From Phoronis australis (lineage: Eukaryota; Animalia; Phoronida), in assembly GCA_002633005.1 (NCBI GenBank), contig NMRA01000183.1, positions 373,553 through 437,552 on the forward strand: 64,000 nt of DNA, in the 5' to 3' direction. The notes beneath the pieces were generated by a model. It ran no database searches. It was given only the letters and a program-made list of their open reading frames with translations, and was not told the origin of the DNA. The position numbers and the translations under genes are program-made. Each line of letters begins with the position of its first letter. The first letter of the stretch is position 1. Shown piece by piece: positions 57,701-64,000 of the stretch.

Positions 57701-60700
57701 TTTACTAGCGCATTTTTTGAAAATCCAAGATGGCCGCGAAGAAGGTTGCCAAAAATGGAATCAATTATTTTCTGATTTATCATTCCATGAGCTTTCAAAA
57801 ATGTATAGTTTCCACTTTCCCAAAAAATACCAACAAAATTACAGAACAAACCTGACTATGATTGCTTTGATGCTCTGTATTACAAGATATTGTCATCTTT
57901 TTCGTATACCAAATCCCGTTACGTGAGGAGACAACCTGACCGGACTTGAGTACTTGAGCGCTCGTGTTGGTTCATGAAATGCATGTTAATGTATTGTTAA
58001 TGTATTATTATGTTAATGCATTGTTTCCCATTGTAAAGCTCTAATAATCCAGTCGACTTACCAGTACAAACGCCGTTATAGCTAAGAAAGCCTGTCATGC
58101 ATTCACATTTTTTCTTCGCAGAGTTGCATATTTCATTAACGCCCGGGCACCAGGTTCCGTCCAATTTGCATTCGACTGTTGTGATGTCTGCAAATGTAAA
58201 AGTTGTACAGTTAATGGTTATAATGAAGACTGGAATAAGAAATAACCACTTACTGAGAGACGAATAAGTTGGATGCCTCTGGAGACCAATGACCATCATG
58301 TTCTCCCGTAAAATGAAGACGACATGGTGATTGGTATCCTTAGTTCACTCGCAACAGGCACTGTGTCGCAGTGGAATAAAATGACTGGAGGTGGAATGTT
58401 CGCACACGTCTTACGCACAGCGTGTTTGTGGCTTTTTTATTCTCTCTTTTTATTTTGCCGGCTTACTTGCCATTATCGAGAAATTATACAACGTAATTTA
58501 AGCAATACGCATTTAAGTTGTTGTAGTGTATGTTCTAGGGAAACTTTAGAATAGCGCTGTGGATACCTTAATACTGGGAAAACTAAGAGTGAGTACAAAA
58601 TTACCACGCAGGTTCATCTGTAATCTGAGGTTGAACTTCCCACCCTGCAATTATCAAGTAGTCCAACATTAGTTGTCCAAGATCTTAGTTAGCTCAGACT
58701 TGTCACCCAAGCCTTCACTGTGTCATCAATAATGTAGCTCTGAGTTAAAATCGTGTATTTGTGAACATGTTAGTTATAAACAGCTACAGCTGGAGGCCAA
58801 ATGGTGATCACTGCAATGAGCTCACCAGAGCCACCTACTGGACACATGTTTGGCTAAACGTCCACCAGACTGCCTGCAATCGTTTTTTGGCAAACGGTGT
58901 GCCTTTAGAGGGTGCATAAGTATCATAAAAATGGCCATCAGAACACGTGGCTTGGGTCCGACAATTGGAAGGCATTGTTCCTTTAACAAAAAGTGAGTTT
59001 TTGACAATCAGTCACGGAATACAGAGGCGTCGTACCTGAAAAAATGGCTATTAGTTGGTGAAGCATTTGTCTTTCTGATGATTAGTCAATTGAAATATAC
59101 TTGTCAAACTTCCAAAAGATTTTGCAAAAGTTACAGCGGACGCCAAAAACAGATTTGAAACTTTTGAAAATCAAATCTAGATGTTGCAGAATACATTAAA
59201 TGTGTCTGGAAATGGGAAGGCATTGTCATGTCTTTAACAGAAACCTATCTGCCCGTGATTTCATGAAAATAAATCAATAAACTCCAAGGATACACAGAAA
59301 CATGTTAAAACTAAGTTGCAACTAGGAATTACACTAATAATCGGATTGGTGGGATTCTCCCCATTTTCTGTTCTCAGCTCCATAGAAATTTGCCAAATTT
59401 CATCAAGTTCTTTCAAAAGGTTAAGGAGATTCCAAAAAGCGGTGACGGTAACATACACCCACATCAAAATGTAACGAGTACGCATAACAAAAAAGGATAT
59501 CATAAGTGCTCTTATTTACAGGTATATTCTCACTACTTGAGCTTGACCTACAGTGATCGCAGGTCACGATGCCCTGTCACACAAATATAAAAGAGCCGAT
59601 AATTCTGAATTGACTTTTTGTTTAAAGACGGTTTCTTACTGATTATTATGCTAGTAATGAATCGGGCAGTACTTTCCAAGGCTCAGTGGTTGTTTTGTTG
59701 ACCGGCAACACTCGCAGAAAGGTTAAATCTTATGAATAATGCAGTTCACAAGCTATGCTCTTTTGACCAAATGTCCATCACTCACACTCCTGCTTAGATC
59801 GTAGCCACCTCGCTATCGTCATCCACTGTGTGGTAGGCCGCTAGCGGGAGTCATCAATGAAAGCAAGACATGCAGCGTACAATTTTTGGGAAATATTGGA
59901 CGTATAAGTTGAATCAATTTTTAGAATAAACATCTCTACCGCAGAAAATTCCCCATGGTGGGCAAAGTTTTAGAGGGTGCATCGCTAGAATACACCTAAA
60001 TTTGTGGTAAGTATTAAAAATGTACGTTACGTGAAAACCCGTTAAATGTTAATGAAAGTAAATTTGTAACTACATTTAGTACGTCATCAGAAACATGTCT
60101 TGCAAAAAGATAAATAATTTAAGTTCAGGGCATTAAAACGCAGCATGCGTATTTCCAGCCATATCAGCCTACAGTTTGTTGCAGGCTGTTCCTTGTCACT
60201 GAAAAGGGGACTTTTCAGAACGGCGCTCTCTAGAATAATGAGAGCAGGAAAGCGACTTCCGTTTGACGCCGACCCAGATCTCATGGACACAAATTCAACT
60301 ACTACATAGAGGTTTATTACTTTAAGAACAGAGAAATAAATTCCACTGTCAGTCCCTTAAGCTGTTGGATTATTTAAAGTTCACTGAAATTTTCAAGCTT
60401 TTTGACCCAGGCTGGGATCGAAATTCTCTCGCTTTAAGAGCTGCAGACAACAACAGACATTGTGGTGGACTCTTCCTCGCAGTGGTGAAACGTATGAAAC
60501 ATGATGTCGTTGTTCATCCATTGATATTTCAAAAGATTCTATTTTTTTGCCTAAGGCATTCATCGAACCGCACAGGAGTGGAAATTACCCGGTATTTTGA
60601 TAGCAGGACAGGTGTTAAAACATTGTTATACCGGTAGGTTGAAACTTTCCTTCCGCATTACATGGGATTTGTAGGTGGCGCTAAACGCATGTCCACTAAA

Positions 60701-61288
60701 GACCAGATTGCCGTCTGGCAAGATAGTGAATTCGGATACGGCTAGGCTATTTCAAACTTCAGGTGTTACCTTTGCATTCGCCTTGGACGTCAAGATAACC
60801 GCTCACGCAATTGCACTCTCTTTTCGCCTTATCACACACAGCATTGGGCTTGCACTTCACTCCCCCGTCAGCGCATGGAATTGACGTAGTGGCTGTAAGA
60901 AAGAAACTTGAAAAGGCAACCAACTATGTGTACGTACACTTTTCTTGAAAATTTAGTCATTATTCTTAATGATCACCTGAAGGAGCTATCACCAAAGTTA
61001 ACCCTACAGTGTGGCTTGTCACGAATAGTTGAATTCTTCCTACATGAACGATTCCACCCTACCGATGGATAATATGACCATGACCTTATAAATTCCTAGC
61101 TTTCATCACAATCCTTTGAATATTTATATTCACACAATCCAGACCCATTTCAAGCTATTTTTTACCTTGACATGTGCCCTTGTACAACTCAAAACCAAGA
61201 TTGCAAATACACTTTTGCTGAATTTTGTCGCAGTAAGAATTCGGCCCGCACTGTCCGCCTCCACTCGTGCAATCTACCGACTGCATGC
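1789..61288 (-). CDS. Multi-exon gene (partial) for a giant tandem EGF-like/EB-module repeat protein; 29 intact one-domain exons, about 1,193 aa in the window
   Basis: 29 segments of 123 or 126 bp bounded by AG and GT (one GC), all phase 1-1. Each translates to C-x6-C-x5/6-C-x6-C-x-C-x10-C, and most match the EGF_2-type C-x-C-x2-G-[YF]-x6-C motif. Gene ends not identified. Confidence 0.9.
2122..2244 (-). CDS. EGF-like module exon 28 (xIADVPCSAGGTKCPANSFCDKNQKVCRCTFGFVLFQGSCQ), GC donor
   Basis: ctttcag| ... CAAG|gcaagt; 123 bp with a non-canonical GC donor at the exact paralogous position. Confidence 0.82.
3636..3758 (-). CDS. EGF-like module exon 27 (DEAIVDCKLGGTKCGANELCNPVKKECVCRWGFTRYNGKCT)
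   Basis: tgacag| ... ACGC|gtaagt; 123 bp. Confidence 0.88.
4823..4945 (-). CDS. EGF-like module exon 26 (DISTVPCHAGGTHCPANAFCFKATKVCKCKWGYVAVQGQCL)
   Basis: atttag| ... CTAG|gtaaat; 123 bp. Confidence 0.9.
   Translation of the reverse strand: MYQLFPATQGAHIAPPMPSVSRPPKSASVSGVTWLSRASV
5333..5455 (-). CDS. EGF-like module exon 25 (ERSKVPCESGGTRCPANSFCNTAKKTCHCNWGYILFQGHCQ)
   Basis: ttttag| ... CAAG|gtaaca; 123 bp. Confidence 0.9.
5581..7108 (+). mobile_element. Helentron/HINE-like non-autonomous element with internal degenerate tandem units
   Basis: Starts aactaga; repeated ccactagg and ggtttaggagatacagc motifs; ends ggacggacagagataacggc...tgtgtggg, like other copies in the window. Confidence 0.55.
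7481..7832. repeat. 50-bp minisatellite, about 7 copies
   Basis: Unit c(a/t)atgtacaggcactgtccatagtcagtatatacaaacatgtatacataa with exact 50-bp period (7531, 7581, 7631 ...). Confidence 0.95.
8011..8133 (-). CDS. EGF-like module exon 24 (AKSTVPCESGGTKCPTNSYCDVSQQVCRCLAAYIKYEGECQ)
   Basis: ttttttaag| ... CAAG|gtattg; 123 bp. Confidence 0.87.
9236..9358 (-). CDS. EGF-like module exon 23 (AIATVPCASGGTKCSENAFCDTSSKVCRCAPGYVLFQGKCQ)
   Basis: ttttcag| ... CAAG|gtgagt; 123 bp. Confidence 0.9.
9955..10350 (+). mobile_element. ISL2EU/Harbinger-related DDE_Tnp_4 transposase, degenerate C-terminal fragment
   Basis: SGFLKYLLPKDKIMADRGF..KLNIPAFTKGKSHLS..TWRISTVRFHLERPIPRLKSF resembles the family motif GD.VMADRGF...IP.F..G..QLS...TR.IA..RIHVER.I.R.K.F. 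Confidence 0.8.
11878..12000 (-). CDS. EGF-like module exon 22 (EISKVPCASGGTLCPTNAVCNKKTKSCKCKVGYIDFQGKCQ)
   Basis: ttgcag| ... CAAG|gtaggg; 123 bp. Confidence 0.9.
12746..12868 (-). CDS. EGF-like module exon 21 (EVGKVACESGGTLCPSNSECDLASKKCKCSAGYVNYQGKCQ)
   Basis: gtgcag| ... CAAG|gtaggt; 123 bp. Confidence 0.9.
13562..13875 (+). pseudogene. KolX-like (P2X7 cytoplasmic Zn/ballast-like) protein N-terminal remnant
   Basis: Frame not shown in the track reads YMFEPEYNEAE*AQ...RRGDTSWCKCTVCVVVPTSMECLCCSE. Confidence 0.7.
13880..14651 (-). pseudogene. Kolobok transposase N-terminus (THAP domain and Zn-finger-like region), frameshifted and truncated
   Basis: MPHCCCVPVC..LHRFP...W...VCGKHF...LKKDAIPS (THAP C2CH), then in shifted frames KFIVDLSKVLELFRRC and GAQVTIQWECVAGHSCKWDS. 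Confidence 0.8.
15350..15472 (-). CDS. EGF-like module exon 20 (DVWVVPCESGGASCKSHATCDKPTKTCKCDKGYIEYQGKCE)
   Basis: cttttaag| ... GAAG|gtgcgt; 123 bp. Confidence 0.87.
16225..16347 (-). CDS. EGF-like module exon 19 (EAAKVPCQSGGTQCPANSFCVKASKECKCKAGYVNYQGSCQ)
   Basis: attcag| ... CAGG|gtaagt; 123 bp. Confidence 0.9.
16870..16992 (-). CDS. EGF-like module exon 18 (EAAKVPCQSGGTQCPANSVCNPSTKECKCKLGYVKFQGSCQ)
   Basis: attcag| ... CAGG|gtaagt; 123 bp. Confidence 0.9.
17250..17566 (+). mobile_element. Penelope-like reverse transcriptase fragment (degenerate)
   Basis: PRLGLFYILAKIHKQNNAGRPIVS..TENISGYI..LLNP..*YVWDISDFIHKL...IPMDVR*LYTNIPH matches the PLE RT motifs FY.LPKIHK..PGRPIVS and MDV.SLYTNIP. 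Confidence 0.85.
17883..18005 (-). CDS. EGF-like module exon 17 (EAAKVPCQSGGTQCPANSVCHPASKECKCKAGYINYQGSCQ)
   Basis: atttag| ... CAAG|gtaagt; 123 bp. Confidence 0.9.
19291..19407. repeat. (TA)n/(TATG)n microsatellite
   Basis: Read directly; shorter paralog at 20424-20481. Confidence 0.9.
19497..19619 (-). CDS. EGF-like module exon 16 (EAAKVPCQSGGTQCPANSVCHPASKECKCKAGYVNYQGSCQ)
   Basis: attcag| ... CAGG|gtaagt; 123 bp. Confidence 0.9.
20566..20688 (-). CDS. EGF-like module exon 15 (EANKVPCQSGGTQCPANSVCDPASKECKCKAGYVNYQGSCQ)
   Basis: attcag| ... CAGG|gtaagt; 123 bp. Confidence 0.9.
22346..22468 (-). CDS. EGF-like module exon 14 (ETAKVPCQSGGTQCPANSVCDPAGKECKCNAGYVDYQGSCQ)
   Basis: atgcag| ... 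CAGG|gtaagt; 123 bp. Confidence 0.9.
24398..24520 (-). CDS. EGF-like module exon 13 (AITSVPCGSGGTNCPANSACDTTEKQCKCNQGYIRFQGKCQ)
   Basis: tttgcag| ... CAAG|gtgagt; 123 bp. Confidence 0.9.
26291..26510. repeat. 79-bp inverted repeat (3 mismatches, 62-bp spacer)
   Basis: 26291-26369 is the reverse complement of 26432-26510. Confidence 0.95.
26522..26647 (-). CDS. EGF-like module exon 12, 126-bp type (EVTKVECKFGGTLCPGVNELCNTANQKCQCKAGFMRFNDVCT)
   Basis: tttacag| ... ACAG|gtaagt; 126 bp. Confidence 0.9.
27475..27597 (-). CDS. EGF-like module exon 11 (ETADVPCQSGGTQCPANSVCDTASKDCNCISGYVLYQGTCQ)
   Basis: attcag| ... CAGG|gtaagt; 123 bp. Confidence 0.9.
27886..27948. repeat. (GT)n microsatellite
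   Basis: Read directly. Confidence 0.95.
28278..28500. repeat. About 21-bp degenerate tandem repeat
   Basis: tttgcggaatattacgcagat-like units. Confidence 0.8.
28570..29300. repeat. About 175-bp degenerate satellite-like tandem units
   Basis: gttccgcaaacagaatagttttgcggagccctcaattttttaa recurs near 28664, 28836, 29016 and 29190. Confidence 0.75.
29330..31053 (+). mobile_element. Helentron/HINE-like element, diverged copy
   Basis: cactaggggg and gatacag motifs; ends gagatgacggc...gcccacatgtaatgtgtgggcaaaat (terminal hairpin). Confidence 0.55.
31108..31320 (-). pseudogene. Decayed module exon (pseudo-exon)
   Basis: catag|DDFLKPL*GGGISCLVN, then about 90 bp of extra sequence, then CKCKFGYILFINMCQ|gtaaaa. 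TGA at 31300-31298, Cys1 lost, apparent 1-nt deletion in the VCSVIKGLC segment. Confidence 0.7.
31484..31710. mobile_element. MITE-like terminal fragment with palindromic ttaaacctggtttaa motifs
   Basis: Two atttcataaaggtggt copies and several aaacc(a/t)ggttt palindromes; partner end not found. Confidence 0.4.
32074..35651 (+). pseudogene. P-element/THAP9-family transposase pseudogene with introns
   Basis: THAP split over exons 32074-32216, 32670-32792 and from 33076 (CSAANC..FFRLP..W..LCSSHF..NAVPTIF). Catalytic FDEM, VCDQG, DPPHLLK and DCVENYFSMIRGRGG..DNP; C-terminal YIAGY and GGLMTPS. Stop at 34393-34395, frameshift near 34860, AATAAA at 35718. Confidence 0.9.
36708..36833 (-). CDS. EGF-like module exon 10, 126-bp type (EITKVECKFGGTMCPGNNELCNPNTKQCECKSGFIRYNGVCT)
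   Basis: tttacag| ... ACTG|gtaagt; 126 bp. Confidence 0.9.
37330..37772 (+). mobile_element. Helentron/HINE-like element, end fragment
   Basis: Ends cagagatgacgcc...cacccacatataaatatgtgggcgcataaaa. Confidence 0.55.
40310..40432 (-). CDS. EGF-like module exon 9 (DATKVPCQSGGTQCPANSVCDPASKECKCNSGYLLHQGKCT)
   Basis: atgcag| ... ACAG|gtaact; 123 bp. Confidence 0.9.
40649..41062. mobile_element. Second, more deleted Kolobok copy, opposite orientation
   Basis: TTAA|AGGCATAGGCAACC end resembles the TIR; 40745-40800 and 40870-41060 are reverse-complement homologs of about 14000-14058 and 13625-13830. Confidence 0.75.
41120..42215 (+). mobile_element. Helentron/HINE-like internal tandem array (about 450-bp period)
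   Basis: agt(a/c)gtcgaa...catcc.ct.ca...cacaatcatcct repeats near 41123, 41567 and 42014. Confidence 0.6.
43091..43213 (-). CDS. EGF-like module exon 8 (AKTDVPCASGGTKCPVNSVCDAVKGACKCNPGYVYFKFQCE)
   Basis: ttttaaag| ... GAAG|gtacag; 123 bp. Confidence 0.87.
43690..44667 (+). mobile_element. Helentron/HINE-like element, diverged copy
   Basis: Ends agatgacggt...atatgtgggcgcataaaaa. Confidence 0.5.
47039..47164 (-). CDS. EGF-like module exon 7, 126-bp type (EITKVECKFGGTLCLGNYELCNPNNKKCECRPGYIRFNNVCT)
   Basis: tttacag| ... ACTG|gtaagt; 126 bp. Confidence 0.9.
47570..48020 (+). mobile_element. Helentron/HINE-like element fragment
   Basis: ccactaggaggcgccacagtagtcgaag; ends gggcgcatacaaa. Confidence 0.55.
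48574..48696 (-). CDS. EGF-like module exon 6 (EPGKVPCQHGGTKCPDNSVCDTASKKCNCNSGYLFHQGSCQ)
   Basis: attcag| ... CAGG|gtaagt; 123 bp. Confidence 0.9.
50216..50890 (+). mobile_element. Possible solo LTR
   Basis: TGTCAC...GTGACA termini, T-rich body, AATAAA at about 50810; no matching TSD. Confidence 0.4.
52274..52396 (-). CDS. EGF-like module exon 5 (ETVKVPCKFGGTKCPPNSVCEASKKACKCHGGRVLYQNTCQ)
   Basis: atgcag| ... CAGG|gtaagt; 123 bp. Confidence 0.9.
53191..53313 (-). CDS. EGF-like module exon 4 (AKTGIPCKSGGTKCPTNAVCDVTAKECKCSTGYIMYNNECE)
   Basis: ttttaaag| ... GAAG|gtaaag; 123 bp. Confidence 0.88.
54172..54777 (+). mobile_element. 5'-truncated CR1/L2-group LINE, 3' end
   Basis: ORF2 C-terminus IPSYL..RYSTRS..FNLPK..SETGKNSFSYSGPFLWNSLP..FK, AT-rich UTR, (AAT)n tail 54733-54777, candidate TSD gtgtt at 54167 and 54778. 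Confidence 0.85.
55963..57821 (+). mobile_element. Non-autonomous AcademX-like DNA transposon with long imperfect TIRs
   Basis: gggaaagtggaaactatacattttt...aaaaatgtatagtttccactttccc with more than 300 bp of inverted subterminal repeats; internal remnant KLRRYLFCKHMA..VWGQ..PGPDTIIDMVRCQCKSN..CQCSAECLN (Cys-rich C-terminus). Confidence 0.7.
58062..58187 (-). CDS. EGF-like module exon 3, 126-bp type (DITTVECKLDGTWCPGVNEICNSAKKKCECMTGFLSYNGVCT)
   Basis: tttgcag| ... ACTG|gtaagt; 126 bp. Confidence 0.9.
58780..59492 (+). mobile_element. Highly diverged HINE-like copy
   Basis: Weak similarity to the other copies; ends ggtgacggtaacatacacccacat...gcataacaaaaa. Confidence 0.35.
60770..60892 (-). 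CDS. EGF-like module exon 2 (ATTSIPCADGGVKCKPNAVCDKAKRECNCVSGYLDVQGECK)
   Basis: cttacag| ... AAAG|gtaaca; 123 bp. Confidence 0.88.
61166..61288 (-). CDS. EGF-like module exon 1 (xMQSVDCTSGGGQCGPNSYCDKIQQKCICNLGFELYKGTCQ)
   Basis: tttgtag| ... CAAG|gtaaaa; 123 bp; 6 Cys. Confidence 0.85.
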
Positions 61289-64000
61289 CTACAAAAAACG
61301 TAACATTAATTTTGTTCAAAGGCTAATGTGTTCCTTATAAATGTATATGTTCAACAAAATATTAATGAAGTCAAAAACGCACCCCTCCAATCTCATCACT
61401 GTTATTGCCATGCACATAATTATGAATTTACGAGCTTGTGAAACGATTCTTCAACAGAGAGCCTTATTTGGAATTGATCGAAATGGTTACGCGGCCCTGT
61501 CATACGTTGAAGCTTTTGGATAAACTTCGACGTCCTGGTAATCGTCTCAGTTGTATTTATCGTTTATTTAATTCAAAATGAATAATGAGTTTGTAGGTCT
61601 ACTCTTCTAAATAACCTTTATGTAGCCTACTGACACTTCACAGTGAGGTTGTGCTTAAACTGAAGTTACGCGTGATGCCAAAATTATAAGTGATAATAAT
61701 AATTACAACAGACTTGAAGAACCTCGCTTACTTATTAAGCACTTTGAGAATTATTACCGAGCAATGGACATCGTCAGTGTTAATCCTTACCAACTCCCAA
61801 GGAGCAAAAGATGGGTGCTGTCGTTGTCGGTACATATTGGTTAATCGAAACACATGATTCTTTAAACATTTCAAAAGTTAGTGGTAAAATACGCGGTTGG
61901 TTACCAAAATAGAAAAAATATCAAGGACCCGCTATACTTTAGACTATTTGATGTGACTGCATTTCGTATCGTAATAATGCCAGGTACGCGGTCACTGATT
62001 TAATGCTCAGTGCGAGCAGTCTTTCGGTTTAGTGACAAGCAATGCAAACAGCAATGAGTAAATTATTAGGAGGTATGAAAATGTAACGCCATTCATCAAA
62101 ATTACAAGGCAAAGGTATGATTGATTAAAAACAACGTTTCTTAGACAATAGCGATGTTTCAACTATCAGTCTGGCAAGAGTGACCAATACGGTTATTATT
62201 CGTAAAAAGAAAATATTAATTTAAATTTAACAGCTTCTTATTTAATTTGAACTTTTCTTTTCTAGTAAAAATTTTCTTTTCAAGGACAAAAATGGGGACA
62301 CCCACATAAATACGCAGGTATCACTTAATTTTCCCTCGGGAAATTTTTTTACACCGGCGTTTCTGATTGGCTAGTCGAATTCTCAACAGACAGCTCTTTA
62401 CGCAAACAACCTGACACGACTAATGGTTTGAAGTGTAAATGTGGTCTGTTTCACAGACAAATCGGTGCTTAAAATTTATGTTCAGGAAATATGAATCCTA
62501 GAAATTGTGGTTGCGCCTTTTCGGAGTGAGTCTTTCTACTGTCGATGACTTTTGTTTACGATTTGTCCTGTATTCATACATTTGTGTTTATTGTACACGT
62601 ATGTGCTTCAAGCACGCGGCTATTAAACATCACTGCAGAAACAAAATAGTTCACAGTCCGCCACTTTTTCACTGTGTTGTAAAGCTAACCAATGACTGCT
62701 GAGGTTACATCAACCAATGCTAAAGCGATGCCACTGCGTGATACCTGCATGCTGGCTAGGGGACTAGTGAGTAATGTAGGCCTAGTACTACATGTAGCTG
62801 TCAGCTCGGCATTGTTCTGGTATTGTGTTAGCATCGGGGAAGTTGTATAGTGTTGATAAGCAAGTTAGTAGAATATGAAATATAATGCAGTTAAACTAAT
62901 TTTTGTTAATTTGTCCACTATTTAGATTTGATATGTATTGCTTCTGAAACTCATTTCTAAAGATAATTGATAGTACTGGCAGGTGACCATTTTACTTATG
63001 GTATTGTATTTTCTATCGTACTCCTTGAACTTGTATTTTGTCGTAATAAATGACTTGATTTCACAAAAGCAAACCTCAGTCTCCTTTTCATCTCTGGTAT
63101 CGAGCTTACAGCACATGTATTTTTACTCAGAACATACAATCATAAATTGTTTAACTGACATGGAAAATAGTCAGCTTGAAAACGAAGTGCTTTTGGACCT
63201 TCCCACCAACATCTACACTTCCAGTAAGTGAATGGCAGACAGTGGCAGCAATGCAATCGTCTCTTGGCATGAAATTAACTTTTCCATAAGAAACTGGTGG
63301 ATTTAATGCAATATAAGCAGCTGCTGTTAATGGAAATGCTTAACAACAGGGATTGATTGGCTAATATTTGTCAATTTGTTCTAGTATAAGCATTCTGTTT
63401 CATTGCTATGCACCCACATCTTTGCGAATGCATTATGCCATCGTCCCCATCCTTTGTCTGATTCGCTGTCACTATGAAACCCCTTGACTTTATTAGTGAA
63501 ATTTTGCTGACATGTTTCTATCGGAATGGCATGGCGAAATTTTCGCGAGAATCGGACTATCGCTTTTTGGCCACTAATGCCTCTCTATCTCTGGTGTCTG
63601 GCAAAATTGTCATACGGGTATCTATTAAGAATGTATTGACTCCTTTCAATTTTCTGATTATGACGAATTCTGCACCACCTAGTGGCCATTTTTATTCTGG
63701 TACCCATCTCTCTGACTTGTCAAACCACATGAAGGATCATTATGAAAATTTGTACGTTTTCACTGTCAGAGAAGAAAATGACCGACAGTGACTTTTGGAC
63801 AGATCATTCTAGTGTGCTCTATAGTTGCAGTTTCGTTTTTTTCCTCTATCACTGACTCTCTTAAATACCCCGGATGATCTCTTGTAAATTTAGTTCGTTT
63901 ATTCTGTGAAGTGAATTAATTGTGATGACTTCCAGAGACATCTGTAGGTGGATGTTACTTACATATCATGGGCATGCCTGAATGAACACTGATCACAGTG

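Noticed and set aside
1789-61288. Dscam-type mutually exclusive splicing with docking/selector sites
   Set aside because: No array-wide conserved complementary intronic element seen; splice sites are mostly strong and introns long enough for constitutive joining. Not excluded without RNA data.
1-64000. Most 60-150 aa ORFs in the track as stand-alone genes
   Set aside because: Eukaryotic intron DNA; they are chance ORFs, antisense shadows of exons, or exon read-through into introns.
61300-64000. Start/signal-peptide exon or promoter of the module gene
   Set aside because: No convincing ATG plus hydrophobic leader followed by a phase-1 donor was found by eye.

Overview
AT-rich animal (invertebrate-like) genomic DNA; the short ORFs in the track are mostly noise. 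The window lies almost entirely inside one large intron-rich minus-strand gene. I could read 29 intact, symmetric phase-1 exons between 1789 and 61288 (25 x 123 bp, 4 x 126 bp). Each encodes exactly one six-cysteine EGF/EB-like module, C-x2-GG-x2-C-P-x-N-x2-C-x6-C-x-C-x2-G-[YF]-x6-C. One further module exon is decayed (31108-31320). Spliced together they give about 1,193 aa of uninterrupted modules; no start, signal-peptide or confident terminal exon is visible. The array shows an older multi-exon higher-order duplication unit and a recent single-exon tandem burst (16.2-22.5 kb). The introns hold an internally deleted Kolobok (THAP + KolX/P2X7-ballast-like), a dead intron-containing P-element/THAP9 transposase, an AcademX-like TIR element, ISL2EU/Harbinger, Penelope and CR1/L2 fragments, Helentron-like repeats and minisatellites. 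One exon has a fold-back duplication that places an antisense copy of its own splice donor inside a 79-bp hairpin. Family names come from motif recognition by eye, not database searches.
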